A stretch of DNA of 64,000 bases from Candidatus Lustribacter sp. (lineage in GTDB: Bacteria > Vulcanimicrobiota > Vulcanimicrobiia > Vulcanimicrobiales > Vulcanimicrobiaceae): assembly GCA_965277805.1 (NCBI GenBank), contig OZ255842.1, positions 2,496,001 to 2,560,000 on the forward strand, in the 5' to 3' direction. A model generated the notes under the pieces. It did not search any database, was not told the origin of the DNA, and was given only the letters and a program-made list of their open reading frames with translations. The translations under genes were made by a program, and so were the position numbers. Position 1 is the first letter of the stretch; every line of letters starts with the position of its first letter. Below, piece by piece: positions 1 to 10,408 of the stretch.

Positions 1-214
1 GCACCTGCACCTCGGCCGAGCGCGCACGCTCGAGCAGGTTGCGCAGCGCCGGATCGCTCTTGCGCTCGTCGCCGACGTGGATGCGCCGCAGCGGTTCACC
101 CGCCACCAGCGCTTCGTTGACGGCGTGAATGCCGTAGATGACGTCGTCGAGGTCGACGCGCGGGCCGGGCGGGCGCTGACCGCGCTGCGGCGCTATGCGC
201 CGCCGGCGGTCCAC
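1..214 (-). CDS. rlmB: 23S rRNA (guanosine-2'-O)-methyltransferase RlmB, N-terminal part (runs off window)
   Basis: Manual translation ...VDLDDVIYGIHAVNEALVAGEPLRRIHVGDERKSD... resembles the SpoU substrate-binding N-terminus; lies directly after cysS as in the cysE-cysS-rlmB operon; GTG start at 214 is inferred. Confidence 0.8.
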   Translation of the reverse strand, partial: MDRRRRIAPQRGQRPPGPRVDLDDVIYGIHAVNEALVAGEPLRRIHVGDERKSDPALRNLLERARSAEVQV

Positions 215-1680
215 GTGGTCGATCCGTCCTTGCCGTCGGTGAGCACGATGCCTTCGGCCGCAAGCGCGTTGCGCAAGCGGTCGGCGAGCGCGAAGTCGCG
301 CGCCTTACGGGCGGCATTGCGCGCATCGATCACGCGCTCGACCACGCCTGCCGGGCTCTCGCCGTTGAACGCGATCGCATCGGCGAGCGCCGTGCGCAGG
401 CGCTCGATCTTCGCCGGGTCGACCTCGGCCGTTTGCGCGACGGCAATCGTGCGCGTGAGAATGTCGCCCGCGCCGAGCACGCCGAGCCCGTCTTCGAAGA
501 GCGCGCGCGCGGCCGACGCGGCAGCGCCCGCCTCCGCGGCGACGATCTTCGGCGCGGCATTGGCAACATCGAAGAGCACGCCGATCGCGCCGGCGGTGTT
601 CATGTCCTCATCGAGCGTCTCGAAGAAGCGCACGGCGGACGCAGCGATCGCTGCGCTCAGATCGCCGTCACCGCTGCCGCTCACGTTCGCCAGCGCATCG
701 TATGCCCGGCGCAATTTCTCCACGCCGCTGTTGGCCGCGGCGATCGCGTCTTCGGTGAAGTTCATCGGTTTGCGGTAGCCGGTCTGCAAAAACAAAAGCC
801 GGATCGCGAGCGGGTCGTGCCGCGCGAGCAGCGCCGACAGCGGTTCGAAGTTGCCCAGCGATTTCGACATCTTGCGGCCGTCGAAGTTCAGCAAGCCGCC
901 GTGCATCCACACGTTTGCCAAGTGCGAATGCGGCGGCATCAGCGCCTCGCTCTGAGCAATCTCGTTCTCGTGGTGCGGGAAGATCAGGTCGTAGCCGCCG
1001 CCGTGAATGTCGAAGGGCACGCCGAGCAGTTCGCGCGACATTGCGCTGCACTCGATGTGCCAGCCCGGCCGTCCCGAACCCCACGGCGAGGGCCATTGCG
1101 GCTCGCCGGGCTTCGCCAACTTCCACAGTGCAAAATCGAGCGGATCGTTCTTCTGCTCGTTCTCGGCGATGCGCGCGCCGACCAGCAGCTCGTCGACGTC
1201 GCGGTGCGAGAGCGCGCCGTAGCGCGGAAACGACTTGACCGCATAGTACACGCCGTCGCCGGTTGCATACGCGTGTCCGCTTGCGATCAGTTCGGCGATC
1301 ATGTCGACGATCGCATCGATGTGCTGCGTCGCGTGCGGTTCGAGATCGGGCTCGCGCACGCCGAGCGCGCGCATCCCGTCCTTGAAGCGGCCGTAGTATT
1401 TGGCCACGATCGCTTCGACGCTCGAGCCTTCGGTCTGCGCGGCTGCAATCGAACGGTCGTCGATGTCGGTCACATTCTGCACGTACGTTACGCGGTAACC
1501 GTTGCGCGGGTGCGCGAGATAGCGCCGTAAGACGTCGAAAAACAAAAAAGACCGGGCATGGCCGAGGTGCGCTTCAGCCGACGGGGTGAGACCGCACACG
1601 TACATGCGCACCTCGCCGTCGACGAGCGGCACGAACGGAGCGACCGCGTGCGTGAGGGTGTTATAGAGCCGTAGAGACAT
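193..1680 (-). CDS. cysS: cysteine--tRNA ligase
   Basis: [48 protein letters not shown] and KMSKS motifs; start placed at [10 protein letters not shown]. Confidence 0.97.
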   Translation of the reverse strand: MSLRLYNTLTHAVAPFVPLVDGEVRMYVCGLTPSAEAHLGHARSFLFFDVLRRYLAHPRNGYRVTYVQNVTDIDDRSIAAAQTEGSSVEAIVAKYYGRFKDGMRALGVREPDLEPHATQHIDAIVDMIAELIASGHAYATGDGVYYAVKSFPRYGALSHRDVDELLVGARIAENEQKNDPLDFALWKLAKPGEPQWPSPWGSGRPGWHIECSAMSRELLGVPFDIHGGGYDLIFPHHENEIAQSEALMPPHSHLANVWMHGGLLNFDGRKMSKSLGNFEPLSALLARHDPLAIRLLFLQTGYRKPMNFTEDAIAAANSGVEKLRRAYDALANVSGSGDGDLSAAIAASAVRFFETLDEDMNTAGAIGVLFDVANAAPKIVAAEAGAAASAARALFEDGLGVLGAGDILTRTIAVAQTAEVDPAKIERLRTALADAIAFNGESPAGVVERVIDARNAARKARDFALADRLRNALAAEGIVLTDGKDGSTTWTAGGA

Positions 1681-2335
1681 CGTTGCGATCGACGAGTTCG
1701 GCGAGACGCGCCTCGAGCGCTGCAATGCGCGCGCGCAATTCGGCGACCTCGGTCGCACCCGGATCGGGCAGGTCCACCTGCGGACGTGCTGCCGGCAGCG
1801 CGATCGGGCGGCCGTCCTGCAGGACGACGCGCCCCGGAATCCCGACCACGGTTGAGTTGGCCGGAACGTCCTTCACCACAACCGAGTTCGCGCCGATCTT
1901 CACATTTTCACCGATCGTGATGTCGCCGAGCACCGCCGCGCCCGAGCCCACGACGACGTTATCGCACAGCGTCGGATGACGCTTCTTGCGCTGCAGCGAC
2001 GTACCGCCCAGCGTCACGCCCTGATAGATCGTGACGTCCTTACCGACGATCGCGGTGCCTCCGATGACGACGCCCGTGCCGTGATCGATGAAGAAGCCAG
2101 GGCCGATCGTTGCGCCCGGATGGATATCGATCCCGGTCGCGCGGTGCACGACCTCGCTCATCAGCCGGGGCAGCAGCGGGACACGGGCCTGCCACAGCGC
2201 ATGGATGGCCCGATGCGCCGTAATGGCGTGAAAGCCGGGATACGAGAGAAAGACGTCGAGCCAGCCTTCAGCCGCCGGGTCGCGTTCGACCGGCGCCCGG
2301 AGGTCGGCGAGAAACGTCGCGAACGCGTCACGCAT
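1661..2335 (-). CDS. cysE: serine O-acetyltransferase
   Basis: [39 protein letters not shown] hexapeptide motifs. Confidence 0.96.
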   Translation of the reverse strand: MRDAFATFLADLRAPVERDPAAEGWLDVFLSYPGFHAITAHRAIHALWQARVPLLPRLMSEVVHRATGIDIHPGATIGPGFFIDHGTGVVIGGTAIVGKDVTIYQGVTLGGTSLQRKKRHPTLCDNVVVGSGAAVLGDITIGENVKIGANSVVVKDVPANSTVVGIPGRVVLQDGRPIALPAARPQVDLPDPGATEVAELRARIAALEARLAELVDRNDVSTAL

Positions 2336-2358
2336 GGGATCGCCTCTTACGAACCCGG

Positions 2359-2904
2359 CTAAGCATCCGGTGGTTTCTGCGGCTGAATCGTCTCGAACGG
2401 CACCCCGCCCGGGCCGTACTGGATCGGCTCGAGACCGCGACCGTGCAAGAGGTGCGAGCTGACCGCGCCGATGCGAATCATGATGCGCTCGTGGCCCAGC
2501 AGCGGGAAGAGGAGCTCGAGCGGCGGTCCCTCCTTCCGGCCCGTTAGGGCCATCCGCACGGCTGCCTGCGCATCGTCGTGCGCGATTCCGAACTCATCGG
2601 CAATGGCCGGGATGTCGCCCGCCAGCGGCAAGTCGCGCAATTCGGGCTGCGCATCGACGTATTGCGCGACCGCGTCGAGAAAGAAAACGGCCTGGCGGTT
2701 GCGCAAGCGCTCGAGTTCGAGCGCGGGGATGACCGTGGCCTCCGCGCGCAGCAGCGCGACCTCATTGAGCGCGTCCTCGATAGTCGCGCAGCGCGCGCCG
2801 TACGCGTCGAGAAAGGTCGCGATCCAGCGTTCCGCCGCCGGCGGCGCCGGCTCCTCGAGCAATCCGTGGCGCTGCATCGCGCTCGCGAGTTCGCCGGCGG
2901 TCAT
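2359..2904 (-). CDS. stand-alone glutamyl-tRNA synthetase anticodon-binding-domain protein
   Basis: [30 protein letters not shown] matches the GluRS C-terminus; no HIGH/KMSKS catalytic domain; occupies the gltX position. Confidence 0.75.
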   Translation of the reverse strand: MTAGELASAMQRHGLLEEPAPPAAERWIATFLDAYGARCATIEDALNEVALLRAEATVIPALELERLRNRQAVFFLDAVAQYVDAQPELRDLPLAGDIPAIADEFGIAHDDAQAAVRMALTGRKEGPPLELLFPLLGHERIMIRIGAVSSHLLHGRGLEPIQYGPGGVPFETIQPQKPPDA

Positions 2905-3377
2905 TCGAGCGAGGTCAAAAGCGCGACCGCGTACGCGGCGATGCCGCTACCGTCGCCGGTATAGCCCATGCCTTCGCTGGTCTTCGCCTTCACGCTGATC
3001 TTGCCGATATCGAGGGTCAGCGTCTCGGCCAGCGTGTCGCGCATCGAGGCGATGTGCGGCGAAAGTTTCGGCGCTTGTACGACGACGGTCGCATCGATGT
3101 TGCCGATCGTCCAGCCGTGGCGAACGAGTTGCTCGTGGACGGCCGCAAGCAGCGTGAGCGAATCGACGCCCTTCCACTGCGGGTCCGTATCGGGAAAGTG
3201 CGCGCCGAGATCGCCGAGTGCGGCCGCACCGAGCAGCGCATCGCAGATTGCGTGCGTCAGCGTGTCGCCGTCGGAATGGCCGAGCGGCCCGCGCTCGAAC
3301 GGGATCGTCACGCCGCCCACGACGAACGGGCGACCTTCGACGAGCCGGTGCGCGTCGAAACCGTGGCCCACGCGCAT
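2901..3377 (-). CDS. ispF: 2-C-methyl-D-erythritol 2,4-cyclodiphosphate synthase
   Basis: RVGHGFDAH, GHSDGD, GDLGAHFPDTD, VKAKTSEGMG. Confidence 0.97.
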   Translation of the reverse strand: MRVGHGFDAHRLVEGRPFVVGGVTIPFERGPLGHSDGDTLTHAICDALLGAAALGDLGAHFPDTDPQWKGVDSLTLLAAVHEQLVRHGWTIGNIDATVVVQAPKLSPHIASMRDTLAETLTLDIGKISVKAKTSEGMGYTGDGSGIAAYAVALLTSLE

Positions 3378-4315
3378 CACGCGCGCGGGACCACGTGCGA
3401 GAGATGCGTGGTGAACAGCGCGCCTTCACCCGCGACCGCATGCAGCCGGCGGCCGAAGCCGCGCAGGGCATCAGAACTTGCATAGGCGCGAATCGCAACC
3501 GCATTCGGCAGATCGCGATCGACGCCGTCGATCCGCGCCGAACGCGCTTCCAGTTCGGCCAAGATGGCATCGACCGATTGCGGCTCGACGAAACACTCGA
3601 CCAGAAACACGTCTTCCTCGGGGACGACGACCGGATCGCGCTCTTGCGCGATCGCTTCGGCCCGCACCAGATCGACCGGGTGCGTGACCTTCATATTTTC
3701 AACCGGCGACTCGACGACGACGACGTCGCAACCGCTGCGCTCGAGCAGCGCGGCATCGTCGGTCGCGCGCGGCCAATCGTGACGCACGGCTTCCGTATGC
3801 GCCGCGCGCATGTCGCGCGCCGTCGCGAATTGCGGCGTTTGCGCCGACCACAGCGTCGCGCGGTCGAGCGTGCGCGTGACTTTGAGCTGATCGTCGACGA
3901 TCTTGATCGTATCGACCACCGGCGCGGCCAACAGCGACGCGACGCCGGGCCGTACGGCCCGCATCCCCGCCCGTACGTCGCTCGCGCGAACGAACGGCCG
4001 AGCGCCGTCGTGGACGAAAATTCCCGCGCAGTGGTCAGGCAGCGCCGCGATCCCGCTTTCGGCGCTGGCTTGGCGGTCGGGGCCGCCCGCGACCACGAGC
4101 AGCGATGCCGCGCGCACGCTGCCGATCACCGCTTCCTGCACGTCTTCGATAAACTCGCGCTCCGTGACGATCACGATGTCGGAGATCTCCGGCATCGATG
4201 CAAACACTTGGACCGACCACGCCAGCATGGGTTTTCCGCCGAGCCGGATCAGCTGCTTCGGCTTGCCGAACCGGCTGCCGCGCCCGGCAGCCACAATAAC
4301 CGCGCCCCAAATCAT
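3377..4315 (-). CDS. ispD: 2-C-methyl-D-erythritol 4-phosphate cytidylyltransferase with C-terminal extension
   Basis: AAGRGSRFG, VHDGARP, QTPQ, TDDA, NMKVT; extra ~80 aa C-terminal domain. Confidence 0.93.
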   Translation of the reverse strand: MIWGAVIVAAGRGSRFGKPKQLIRLGGKPMLAWSVQVFASMPEISDIVIVTEREFIEDVQEAVIGSVRAASLLVVAGGPDRQASAESGIAALPDHCAGIFVHDGARPFVRASDVRAGMRAVRPGVASLLAAPVVDTIKIVDDQLKVTRTLDRATLWSAQTPQFATARDMRAAHTEAVRHDWPRATDDAALLERSGCDVVVVESPVENMKVTHPVDLVRAEAIAQERDPVVVPEEDVFLVECFVEPQSVDAILAELEARSARIDGVDRDLPNAVAIRAYASSDALRGFGRRLHAVAGEGALFTTHLSHVVPRA

Positions 4316-4316
4316 G

Positions 4317-5429
4317 CTATCGCTTCATCCTTGCGAAAATCATCCGGCCGGCGGCGGTTTGGAGGGCGCTCGTTACGGCGACATCGACCGTTTCGCCGAC
4401 CTGACGGCGGCCGTTTTCGACGACGATCATCGTGCCGTCATCGAGGTAGCCAACCCCTTGATGCGGTTCTTTCCCCTCTTTGATCAAAGCGACACGCAGC
4501 TCTTCACCCGGCAGCAGCACCGGCTTCACGGCGCTGGCGAGCTCGTTGATGTTGAGCACGGGCACGCCCTCGACGTTGGCCACCCGGTTGAGGTTGAAGT
4601 CGTTGGTCACGAGCTTCCCGCCGCGCTCGCGCGCCAGCAGCACCAATTTCGCGTCGACCTCGCCGACGGTATCGAAATCACGCTCGACGATTTCGAGCGG
4701 CGAGATCGCTTGCAGTTTCGTCAGCACGTCGAGACCGCGGCGGCCGCGCGTGCGGCGCATCGCGTCGCTCGAGTCGGCGATGTTCTGCAGCTCGCGCAGC
4801 ACGAAGCGCGGCAAGAGCAGCGGGCCGTCGAGAAATCCGCTGCTCACGATGTCGAGGATACGGCCGTCGATGATCACCGACGTATCGAGCACCTTCGGCG
4901 TGCCGCCCGACGCGACCGCAACGTTCGTGAGCCGCCCGACGCCGACGCTCACGCGCTGTTTTGCACCCACGCGGGCACCGAGATACGCGGCGAAGATACT
5001 GACCACGATGTAGATCACGATCGCGATGTAGCTGCCCGTGGGTCCGGCAAACGTGATGAACTCGAACAGCACGCTCTTGGCCAGAAACGCGATGATCAAA
5101 CCGCCGGTGAGCCCGATCGCACCGCCGACGAGTTCGCCGGGCGCCATGCGGTCGATGGCGCGTTCGACGGCAGCCAGTTCGTGCTCGAACACGCGCTGCG
5201 CCATCGGCACGATCAGCACGCCGAGCAGCGCGCCGACGACCGGCGCGATCACGACCGCGGCAAATTGCAGCCATTGGTTCGCAACGTGAATCGAGATCGC
5301 GCGCTCGTAGGCCTCACGGCCCAGCAGAAATCCGGTCGTGCCGAAAATCGCGGCAAAGACCAGCCGTAAGACGACGCCCGCCAAATGGCCGCCCGGATCA
5401 CGCTCGGGCGAGGAACGCACCGCAGACAT
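4317..5429 (-). CDS. membrane PIN/TRAM domain protein (YacL family)
   Basis: Four TM helices, then [48 protein letters not shown]; start uncertain. Confidence 0.93.
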   Translation of the reverse strand: MSAVRSSPERDPGGHLAGVVLRLVFAAIFGTTGFLLGREAYERAISIHVANQWLQFAAVVIAPVVGALLGVLIVPMAQRVFEHELAAVERAIDRMAPGELVGGAIGLTGGLIIAFLAKSVLFEFITFAGPTGSYIAIVIYIVVSIFAAYLGARVGAKQRVSVGVGRLTNVAVASGGTPKVLDTSVIIDGRILDIVSSGFLDGPLLLPRFVLRELQNIADSSDAMRRTRGRRGLDVLTKLQAISPLEIVERDFDTVGEVDAKLVLLARERGGKLVTNDFNLNRVANVEGVPVLNINELASAVKPVLLPGEELRVALIKEGKEPHQGVGYLDDGTMIVVENGRRQVGETVDVAVTSALQTAAGRMIFARMKR

Positions 5430-6525
5430 CGTTGGCTACGAACCGCCCGCGCGTGGTGAGGCGCACGCTGCGATCGTCGGCAACGAGGAGCCCGGCCGCG
5501 GCGTATTCCGCAATGATCGGGGCGTAGTGCGTAAAAACATCAACTCCGTACCGTTCGCGGAACGTGCCCGCATCGACTCCCTCGCTCGTTCGCAACGCAA
5601 GCATCACCGCTTCGCCGGCTTGCGCGTCGCCGGTCAGACCCTCCGAATCGCCTGGGATCGCCTCGCCGGCGAGCGCGGCGGCCTCATAGACGGCGCGGTC
5701 GCGGGTATGAACGGAACGGATACCGGCCCGGTACGACGCCGCACCGGCGCCGAAGCCCGCGTAGTCGCCGTTGCGCCAGTAATTGGCGTTGTGCTCGCAA
5801 CGGTAACCGGGGCGGGCGAAATTGCTGATCTCGTAGTGCTCGAAGCCGGCCGCCGTGAGCTTCGCGATCGCGAGCGCGTAGAGATCCGCCTCGCCGTCGT
5901 CGGTCGCGAACGCGCCCGGCTCGCGATCCGCCCAGCGCGCGTAGGGCGTGCCTTCTTCGATCGTCAAACCGTACGTTGAGACGTGTTCGACGCCGAGCGC
6001 GATCGTGGCGTCGAGCGAACGCTCCCACGACGCCTCGGTTTGCCCGGGCACGCCGAACATCAAGTCGATGTTGACGTTCCCGAAGCCGCCGGCACGCGCG
6101 CGCCGCACCGTCTCCGCAACGTCGTCGGGGCTGTGCCGCCGGCCCAGCACGCGGAGTTCGGCGGGTTCGAGCGACTGCGCGCCGATCGAGATGCGGTTGA
6201 AGCCGCCCGCGTGCAGTTTCGCGAACCCGCGCGTCAGTTCGCGATCGGGGTTGACCTCAGCCGAGACTTCCGCGTCGGCGCGCACGCCGAATCGTGCGCG
6301 TAAGCGGTCGAGCACGCGCACGAGTTCGGCCGCGGGATGCGCGTTGGGCGTGCCGCCGCCGTAGAACACGGTCGTCGCCTCGAACGCCGGCGTCTGCGCG
6401 ATCTCCGCTTCGAGCGCGCGAACGTAGCGCTCGGCAGCGCGTTCGTCGTAGTTCCACTTCGCGAAATCGCAATACGGGCAGATATAGGGACAGAACGCCC
6501 AGTGGACGTAGATCGCCGCGGGCAT
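5398..6525 (-). CDS. hemW: radical SAM heme chaperone HemW (HemN-like)
   Basis: [33 protein letters not shown]. Confidence 0.9.
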   Translation of the reverse strand: MPAAIYVHWAFCPYICPYCDFAKWNYDERAAERYVRALEAEIAQTPAFEATTVFYGGGTPNAHPAAELVRVLDRLRARFGVRADAEVSAEVNPDRELTRGFAKLHAGGFNRISIGAQSLEPAELRVLGRRHSPDDVAETVRRARAGGFGNVNIDLMFGVPGQTEASWERSLDATIALGVEHVSTYGLTIEEGTPYARWADREPGAFATDDGEADLYALAIAKLTAAGFEHYEISNFARPGYRCEHNANYWRNGDYAGFGAGAASYRAGIRSVHTRDRAVYEAAALAGEAIPGDSEGLTGDAQAGEAVMLALRTSEGVDAGTFRERYGVDVFTHYAPIIAEYAAAGLLVADDRSVRLTTRGRFVANDVCGAFLARA

Positions 6526-6528
6526 CGT

Positions 6529-7569
6529 TCAGCCGGTTCCGGCGGCCTCATCCTCGCCGAGCGCCAGCGTTCCGCGAAGCGATGCCTCGATCGTTCCGAT
6601 CAGGTTGTGCTCCGCGAGCGTCACCGCATTGCGGATAGCGTTGCGGATCGCGATGCGGTTCGAGCGCCCGTGCGTCACGATGCAGCAGCCGCGCACGCCG
6701 AGCAGCGGCGCGCCGCCGTACGTATCGTAACGCAGCCGCGCGCGCAGCTTCTCGAACGACGGCTTCAGCAGCAGCGCCCCGACTTTTCCGAGCGGCGGCG
6801 CGTCGTCGATCATCTCGCGCAGCATCGTGTTGATGAACTGTCCGGCGCCTTCCGACGTCTTGAGGATCACGTTGCCGACGAACCCGTCGCAGACCACGAC
6901 GTCGGCGTGGTGCTCGTAGATGTCCTTGCCCTCGACGTGACCGATGAAGTGCAGCGGGGCATCGTCGAGCAGCGCCGCGGCTTCCAGCGTTTGCTGATTG
7001 CCCTTACTGCGCTCCTCACCGATCGAGATGATCCCGACGCGCGGCCGTTCGATGCCGAGCGCAATCTTCGCATAGGCATCGCCCATCAGCGCGAACTGCG
7101 CGATCCACTCCGGGCGGCAGTCGACGTTCGCGCCCGCATCGCAGAGCACGAACGGTCCGCCGATCGTCGGCAGCACCGCGGCGATCGCCGGTCGTGCGAT
7201 TCCGGGAATCGTACGCAGCCGTACGAGGGCGATGGCAAGGAAGGCGCCGCTGTTGCCGGCCGAAAGCGCGGCGTCGGCACTGCCGTCGCGCACCATCTCG
7301 ACCACGTGGCCCAAGCTGGTGTCGCGCGCTCCGCGCAGCGCCTGCGTCGCGTGCGCGTCCATGGCGATCTCGCCCGCGATGTGCACGACCTCGATCGCCC
7401 CGGCGGCATCGCCCAGGAGCGGCCGGATTTTCGCCTCATCGCCGACCAGCGCCAAATCGACCCCGCCGTCACGGTGCGCGAGGATCGCCCCGGCCACGAT
7501 CTCCGCAGGCGCGTTGTCGCCCCCCATCGCATCGATCGCGATTCGTGCGCGCTTGGTCTCGTTTTGCAC
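6529..7569 (-). CDS. plsX: phosphate acyltransferase PlsX
   Basis: [54 protein letters not shown] start inferred. Confidence 0.95.
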   Translation of the reverse strand: MQNETKRARIAIDAMGGDNAPAEIVAGAILAHRDGGVDLALVGDEAKIRPLLGDAAGAIEVVHIAGEIAMDAHATQALRGARDTSLGHVVEMVRDGSADAALSAGNSGAFLAIALVRLRTIPGIARPAIAAVLPTIGGPFVLCDAGANVDCRPEWIAQFALMGDAYAKIALGIERPRVGIISIGEERSKGNQQTLEAAALLDDAPLHFIGHVEGKDIYEHHADVVVCDGFVGNVILKTSEGAGQFINTMLREMIDDAPPLGKVGALLLKPSFEKLRARLRYDTYGGAPLLGVRGCCIVTHGRSNRIAIRNAIRNAVTLAEHNLIGTIEASLRGTLALGEDEAAGTG

Positions 7570-7612
7570 GTCCCGAGCCTTTTCGTCCAAGGTCCGATGG
7601 GCCTTGGCCCTT

Positions 7613-7693
7613 CCCTCGCCAAGCTCGGGCGGCAAGCAGCAACCTAAGCAGGCATTTTTTTTGGACCTGTCGCCCGAAGCTTGTCGAAGGGCG
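7613..7693. repeat. divergent pair of REP-like palindromic repeats
   Basis: TGCCGCCCGAGCTTGGCGAGGG on minus strand (7613-7634) and TGTCGCCCGAAGCTTGTCGAAGGGCG (7668-7693); same family as 33991-34019. Confidence 0.65.
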
Positions 7694-7709
7694 CTCAGCA
7701 TGTTACAAT
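7681..7709 (+). promoter_or_regulatory. sigma70-type promoter of rpmB
   Basis: TTGTCG-N17-TACAAT with extended -10 TG at 7701-7702. Confidence 0.6.
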
Positions 7710-7718
7710 TCGCCTGTT

Positions 7719-7916
7719 ATGGCCAAGAGATGCGACGTTTGTGGTAAGGGTCCGATGGCGGGCAACAACGTCAGCCACGCAATGAACAAAACGAAGCGCC
7801 GTTGGCTGCCGAACCTGCAAGCCGTCCGGATCGACGATCGCGGTACCCACCGCACCGCTCGCGTCTGCACGAACTGCCTGCGTTCGAAGCGCGTCAAACG
7901 CGTCGGCGTCGCTTAA
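7719..7916 (+). CDS. rpmB: 50S ribosomal protein L28 (Cys-containing, Zn-ribbon type)
   Basis: [34 protein letters not shown]...VCTNCLRS. Confidence 0.97.
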   Translation: MAKRCDVCGKGPMAGNNVSHAMNKTKRRWLPNLQAVRIDDRGTHRTARVCTNCLRSKRVKRVGVA

Positions 7917-7993
7917 GCGGTATCGTTCGGCCGCGATAAACTGCGGCCAAATGGACTGATGGATCTGTACCCATTCTTGGGAACGAGTAATGG

Positions 7994-8827
7994 GTGTATA
8001 CCTTGACCAAACGCGATAGCCTAACGATCCACGTCGGCTGCCAATTCGACTACAACAGCCAGCACGACGTGCCGGCCATCGTCCTCGTCCGCCCATCCGG
8101 GTTCGACGGAGTGCGCCTGATCAGTGAAACGTGGATGACCACGCCGCCCGTGCCGTATCACGACTACGTCGACATCTACGACAACGTCTGCCGCCGCCTC
8201 ACGCTGCCGGCCGGGCTCAACACGATCTACTATGATGCCCGCGTGGAAGCGCCGTTCGCGGCCGAAGACACCGACCCGTCCGCCCGCCAGACGCCGGTCG
8301 AGGAACTTCCGGACGACGTCCTCGTCTACACGCTGCCGAGCCGCTTCTGCCTCTCCGATGAGCTGTACGACCGGGCATTCCAGATGTTCGGCGGCACCGA
8401 GCCCACCTGGAACCGGGTGCAGACGATCGTCCAATACGTGCACGACCACGTGAAATTCGGCTACGAGTTCGCCGGGCCCACGCGCAATTCGAGTAACGTC
8501 TTGGCCGAGGCCACCGGGGTGTGCCGCGACTTCACGCACTTGGGGATCGCGCTCTGCCGGGCCATGAGCATCCCGGCGCGCTATGTCTTCGGCTACATTC
8601 CCGACATCGACGTACCGGTCTCCGATGCCCCGATGGACTTCTGCGCTTGGTTCGAGGCCTATCTCGACGGGCGCTGGTGGACGTTCGACCCGCGTAACAA
8701 TCAAGTCCGCCGCGGCCGCGTGATCATAGCGCGCGGGCGCGATGCTGCCGATGTACCAATGGTGACCACTTATGGCAATGCCTCGTTCCAGGGGATGACC
8801 TGTTGGGCGGAGCAACTTCTCGTATGA
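7994..8827 (+). CDS. transglutaminase-like family protein
   Basis: LPSRFC, GVCRDFTH, IPARYVFGY, MDFCAWFE, GRDAADV. Confidence 0.9.
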   Translation: MYTLTKRDSLTIHVGCQFDYNSQHDVPAIVLVRPSGFDGVRLISETWMTTPPVPYHDYVDIYDNVCRRLTLPAGLNTIYYDARVEAPFAAEDTDPSARQTPVEELPDDVLVYTLPSRFCLSDELYDRAFQMFGGTEPTWNRVQTIVQYVHDHVKFGYEFAGPTRNSSNVLAEATGVCRDFTHLGIALCRAMSIPARYVFGYIPDIDVPVSDAPMDFCAWFEAYLDGRWWTFDPRNNQVRRGRVIIARGRDAADVPMVTTYGNASFQGMTCWAEQLLV

Positions 8828-9708
8828 CCGAGTTTCGTGGGGACTCGATCGACGAACGCACTGTTGACTGGCAGGGCGTCGTTACCGCGCGGTACGCGGT
8901 AGCGCAAACGCTTCGCTACGAGTACGAAAAGCCGATCGCTAACCTCCAGCATCAGCTCATCATCGTCCCGCGCCTGCGCCATCTCGATCAACAGCGGCTG
9001 GCCAATCATCTCTCGGCTTCGGGCGTGGGCCCGCTCGCGCTCGAGAGCGACGAGTTCGGCAACGACATTGCCGCCGTGAGCGTCGCGCACATCGAGCGCG
9101 AGATCGTGTTCTCGCTCGAAGCAACGATCCTGCGCGACCACCGGCTCGGGAAAACGTGCCCGACCGCGCTCGATTTGATCGACCCGCGCTGGACCGGCGG
9201 CCGCCGTCTGACGCGCGCGAACGATGCCCTCAACCAGGTCGCCGCAGAGTTTCGCTCGCTGCATCCCAACCAGCACGAACTCGCCGTCGAGATCGTCCAC
9301 TACGTGCACGCGCACATGACGTACACCAAAGGCGTCACCGACGTGTTCACGACCGCGGCCACCGCCTTCGCGCAGGCACGCGGCGTGTGCCAAGATTATG
9401 CGCACGTCGCGATCTCGATCGCGCGAGCGGCCGGTCTCAGCGCGCGCTACGTCTCGGGACATCTGCTCGGTGAAGGCGCGACGCATGCCTGGGTGGAGTT
9501 CCTGGTTGCCGATCGCAAGCACGGCCCGCTCGTGCTCTCGTACGATCCCACCTACTGCAAGGAAACGGACTTCCGCTACATCGTCGTAGCGATCGGCCGC
9601 GACTACGACGACGTGCCGCCGACCTCGGGTGTCTTCACCGGTCCGAAGTCGGGCAAACTTCACGGGCAGCAGAGCGTGCGGCTCGTCGAAGTTACGTACG
9701 CTGCGTAG
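8824..9708 (+). CDS. transglutaminase-like family protein with bacterial N-terminal domain
   Basis: DEFGN, GVCQDYAH, ARYVSG, THAWVE, GRDYDDVPP. Confidence 0.9.
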   Translation: MTEFRGDSIDERTVDWQGVVTARYAVAQTLRYEYEKPIANLQHQLIIVPRLRHLDQQRLANHLSASGVGPLALESDEFGNDIAAVSVAHIEREIVFSLEATILRDHRLGKTCPTALDLIDPRWTGGRRLTRANDALNQVAAEFRSLHPNQHELAVEIVHYVHAHMTYTKGVTDVFTTAATAFAQARGVCQDYAHVAISIARAAGLSARYVSGHLLGEGATHAWVEFLVADRKHGPLVLSYDPTYCKETDFRYIVVAIGRDYDDVPPTSGVFTGPKSGKLHGQQSVRLVEVTYAA

Positions 9709-10408
9709 CGATCTTCGCGAGATAGTCCCAGCCGCGCTCGCCGTCGGCTAACACCTGCGCCACGCCGCGGCCTTCGGCGGCGTTGATGTAGGCCGGCGTG
9801 CCGCCCGCCATCAGCGTTTGCCCCAGAATGCGCGCGTTCACGACCGCATACACCGCAAACAGCACCGCCTGCTTCACGGAGCGCGCGACGATCGTCGCGC
9901 CGTGACCGCGCATGAGCACGGCCGCGCGGTTCGCGAGCGTTTGCGCGAGCGCCGCGCCCTGCTCGTTCGAGCGAATAAGCATGTCGGTGTCGGGCCCGAA
10001 GCGCTCGCGAATCTCGAACACGGGCAACGGGTCTTCGCCTTGAAAACCGGCCATGTGATAGATCGGCCGCAGCGGAATGCCGCTCGCGCCGAACATCACG
10101 AGTTCCGGCGCATGGCAGTGCACGACCGCGTGCACGTCGGGACGCGCCAGATAGATCTGGCCGTGGATGAAGCGTTCGCCGTACGTGCGGTGCAGGTGAC
10201 CGGCCGGATCATTGTTGAGCTTCCAGCGAAACACGTTCTTCGCCCGGACGTTCCCCGGCGGCGAAGCATCGCCGATGTAGTAGAGGTTCGGATCGTCCTC
10301 GCAGCGCGCGCTGATGTGACCGTAGCCGTCGAGAACGCCCTGATGTGCGAGGATGCGATTCGCCGTCACCAGATCGGCGAGAACCGATGACTTCTTCGCT
10401 TTAGGCAC
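9692..10408 (-). CDS. class II aldolase/adducin family protein
   Basis: GYGHISAR, ERFIHGQIYLARPDVHAVVHCH, LMRGHG. Confidence 0.88.
   Translation of the reverse strand: MPKAKKSSVLADLVTANRILAHQGVLDGYGHISARCEDDPNLYYIGDASPPGNVRAKNVFRWKLNNDPAGHLHRTYGERFIHGQIYLARPDVHAVVHCHAPELVMFGASGIPLRPIYHMAGFQGEDPLPVFEIRERFGPDTDMLIRSNEQGAALAQTLANRAAVLMRGHGATIVARSVKQAVLFAVYAVVNARILGQTLMAGGTPAYINAAEGRGVAQVLADGERGWDYLAKIATQRT

Noticed and set aside
2336-2358. T-box leader before cysE
   Set aside because: The gap is only 23 bp and no T-box consensus was seen
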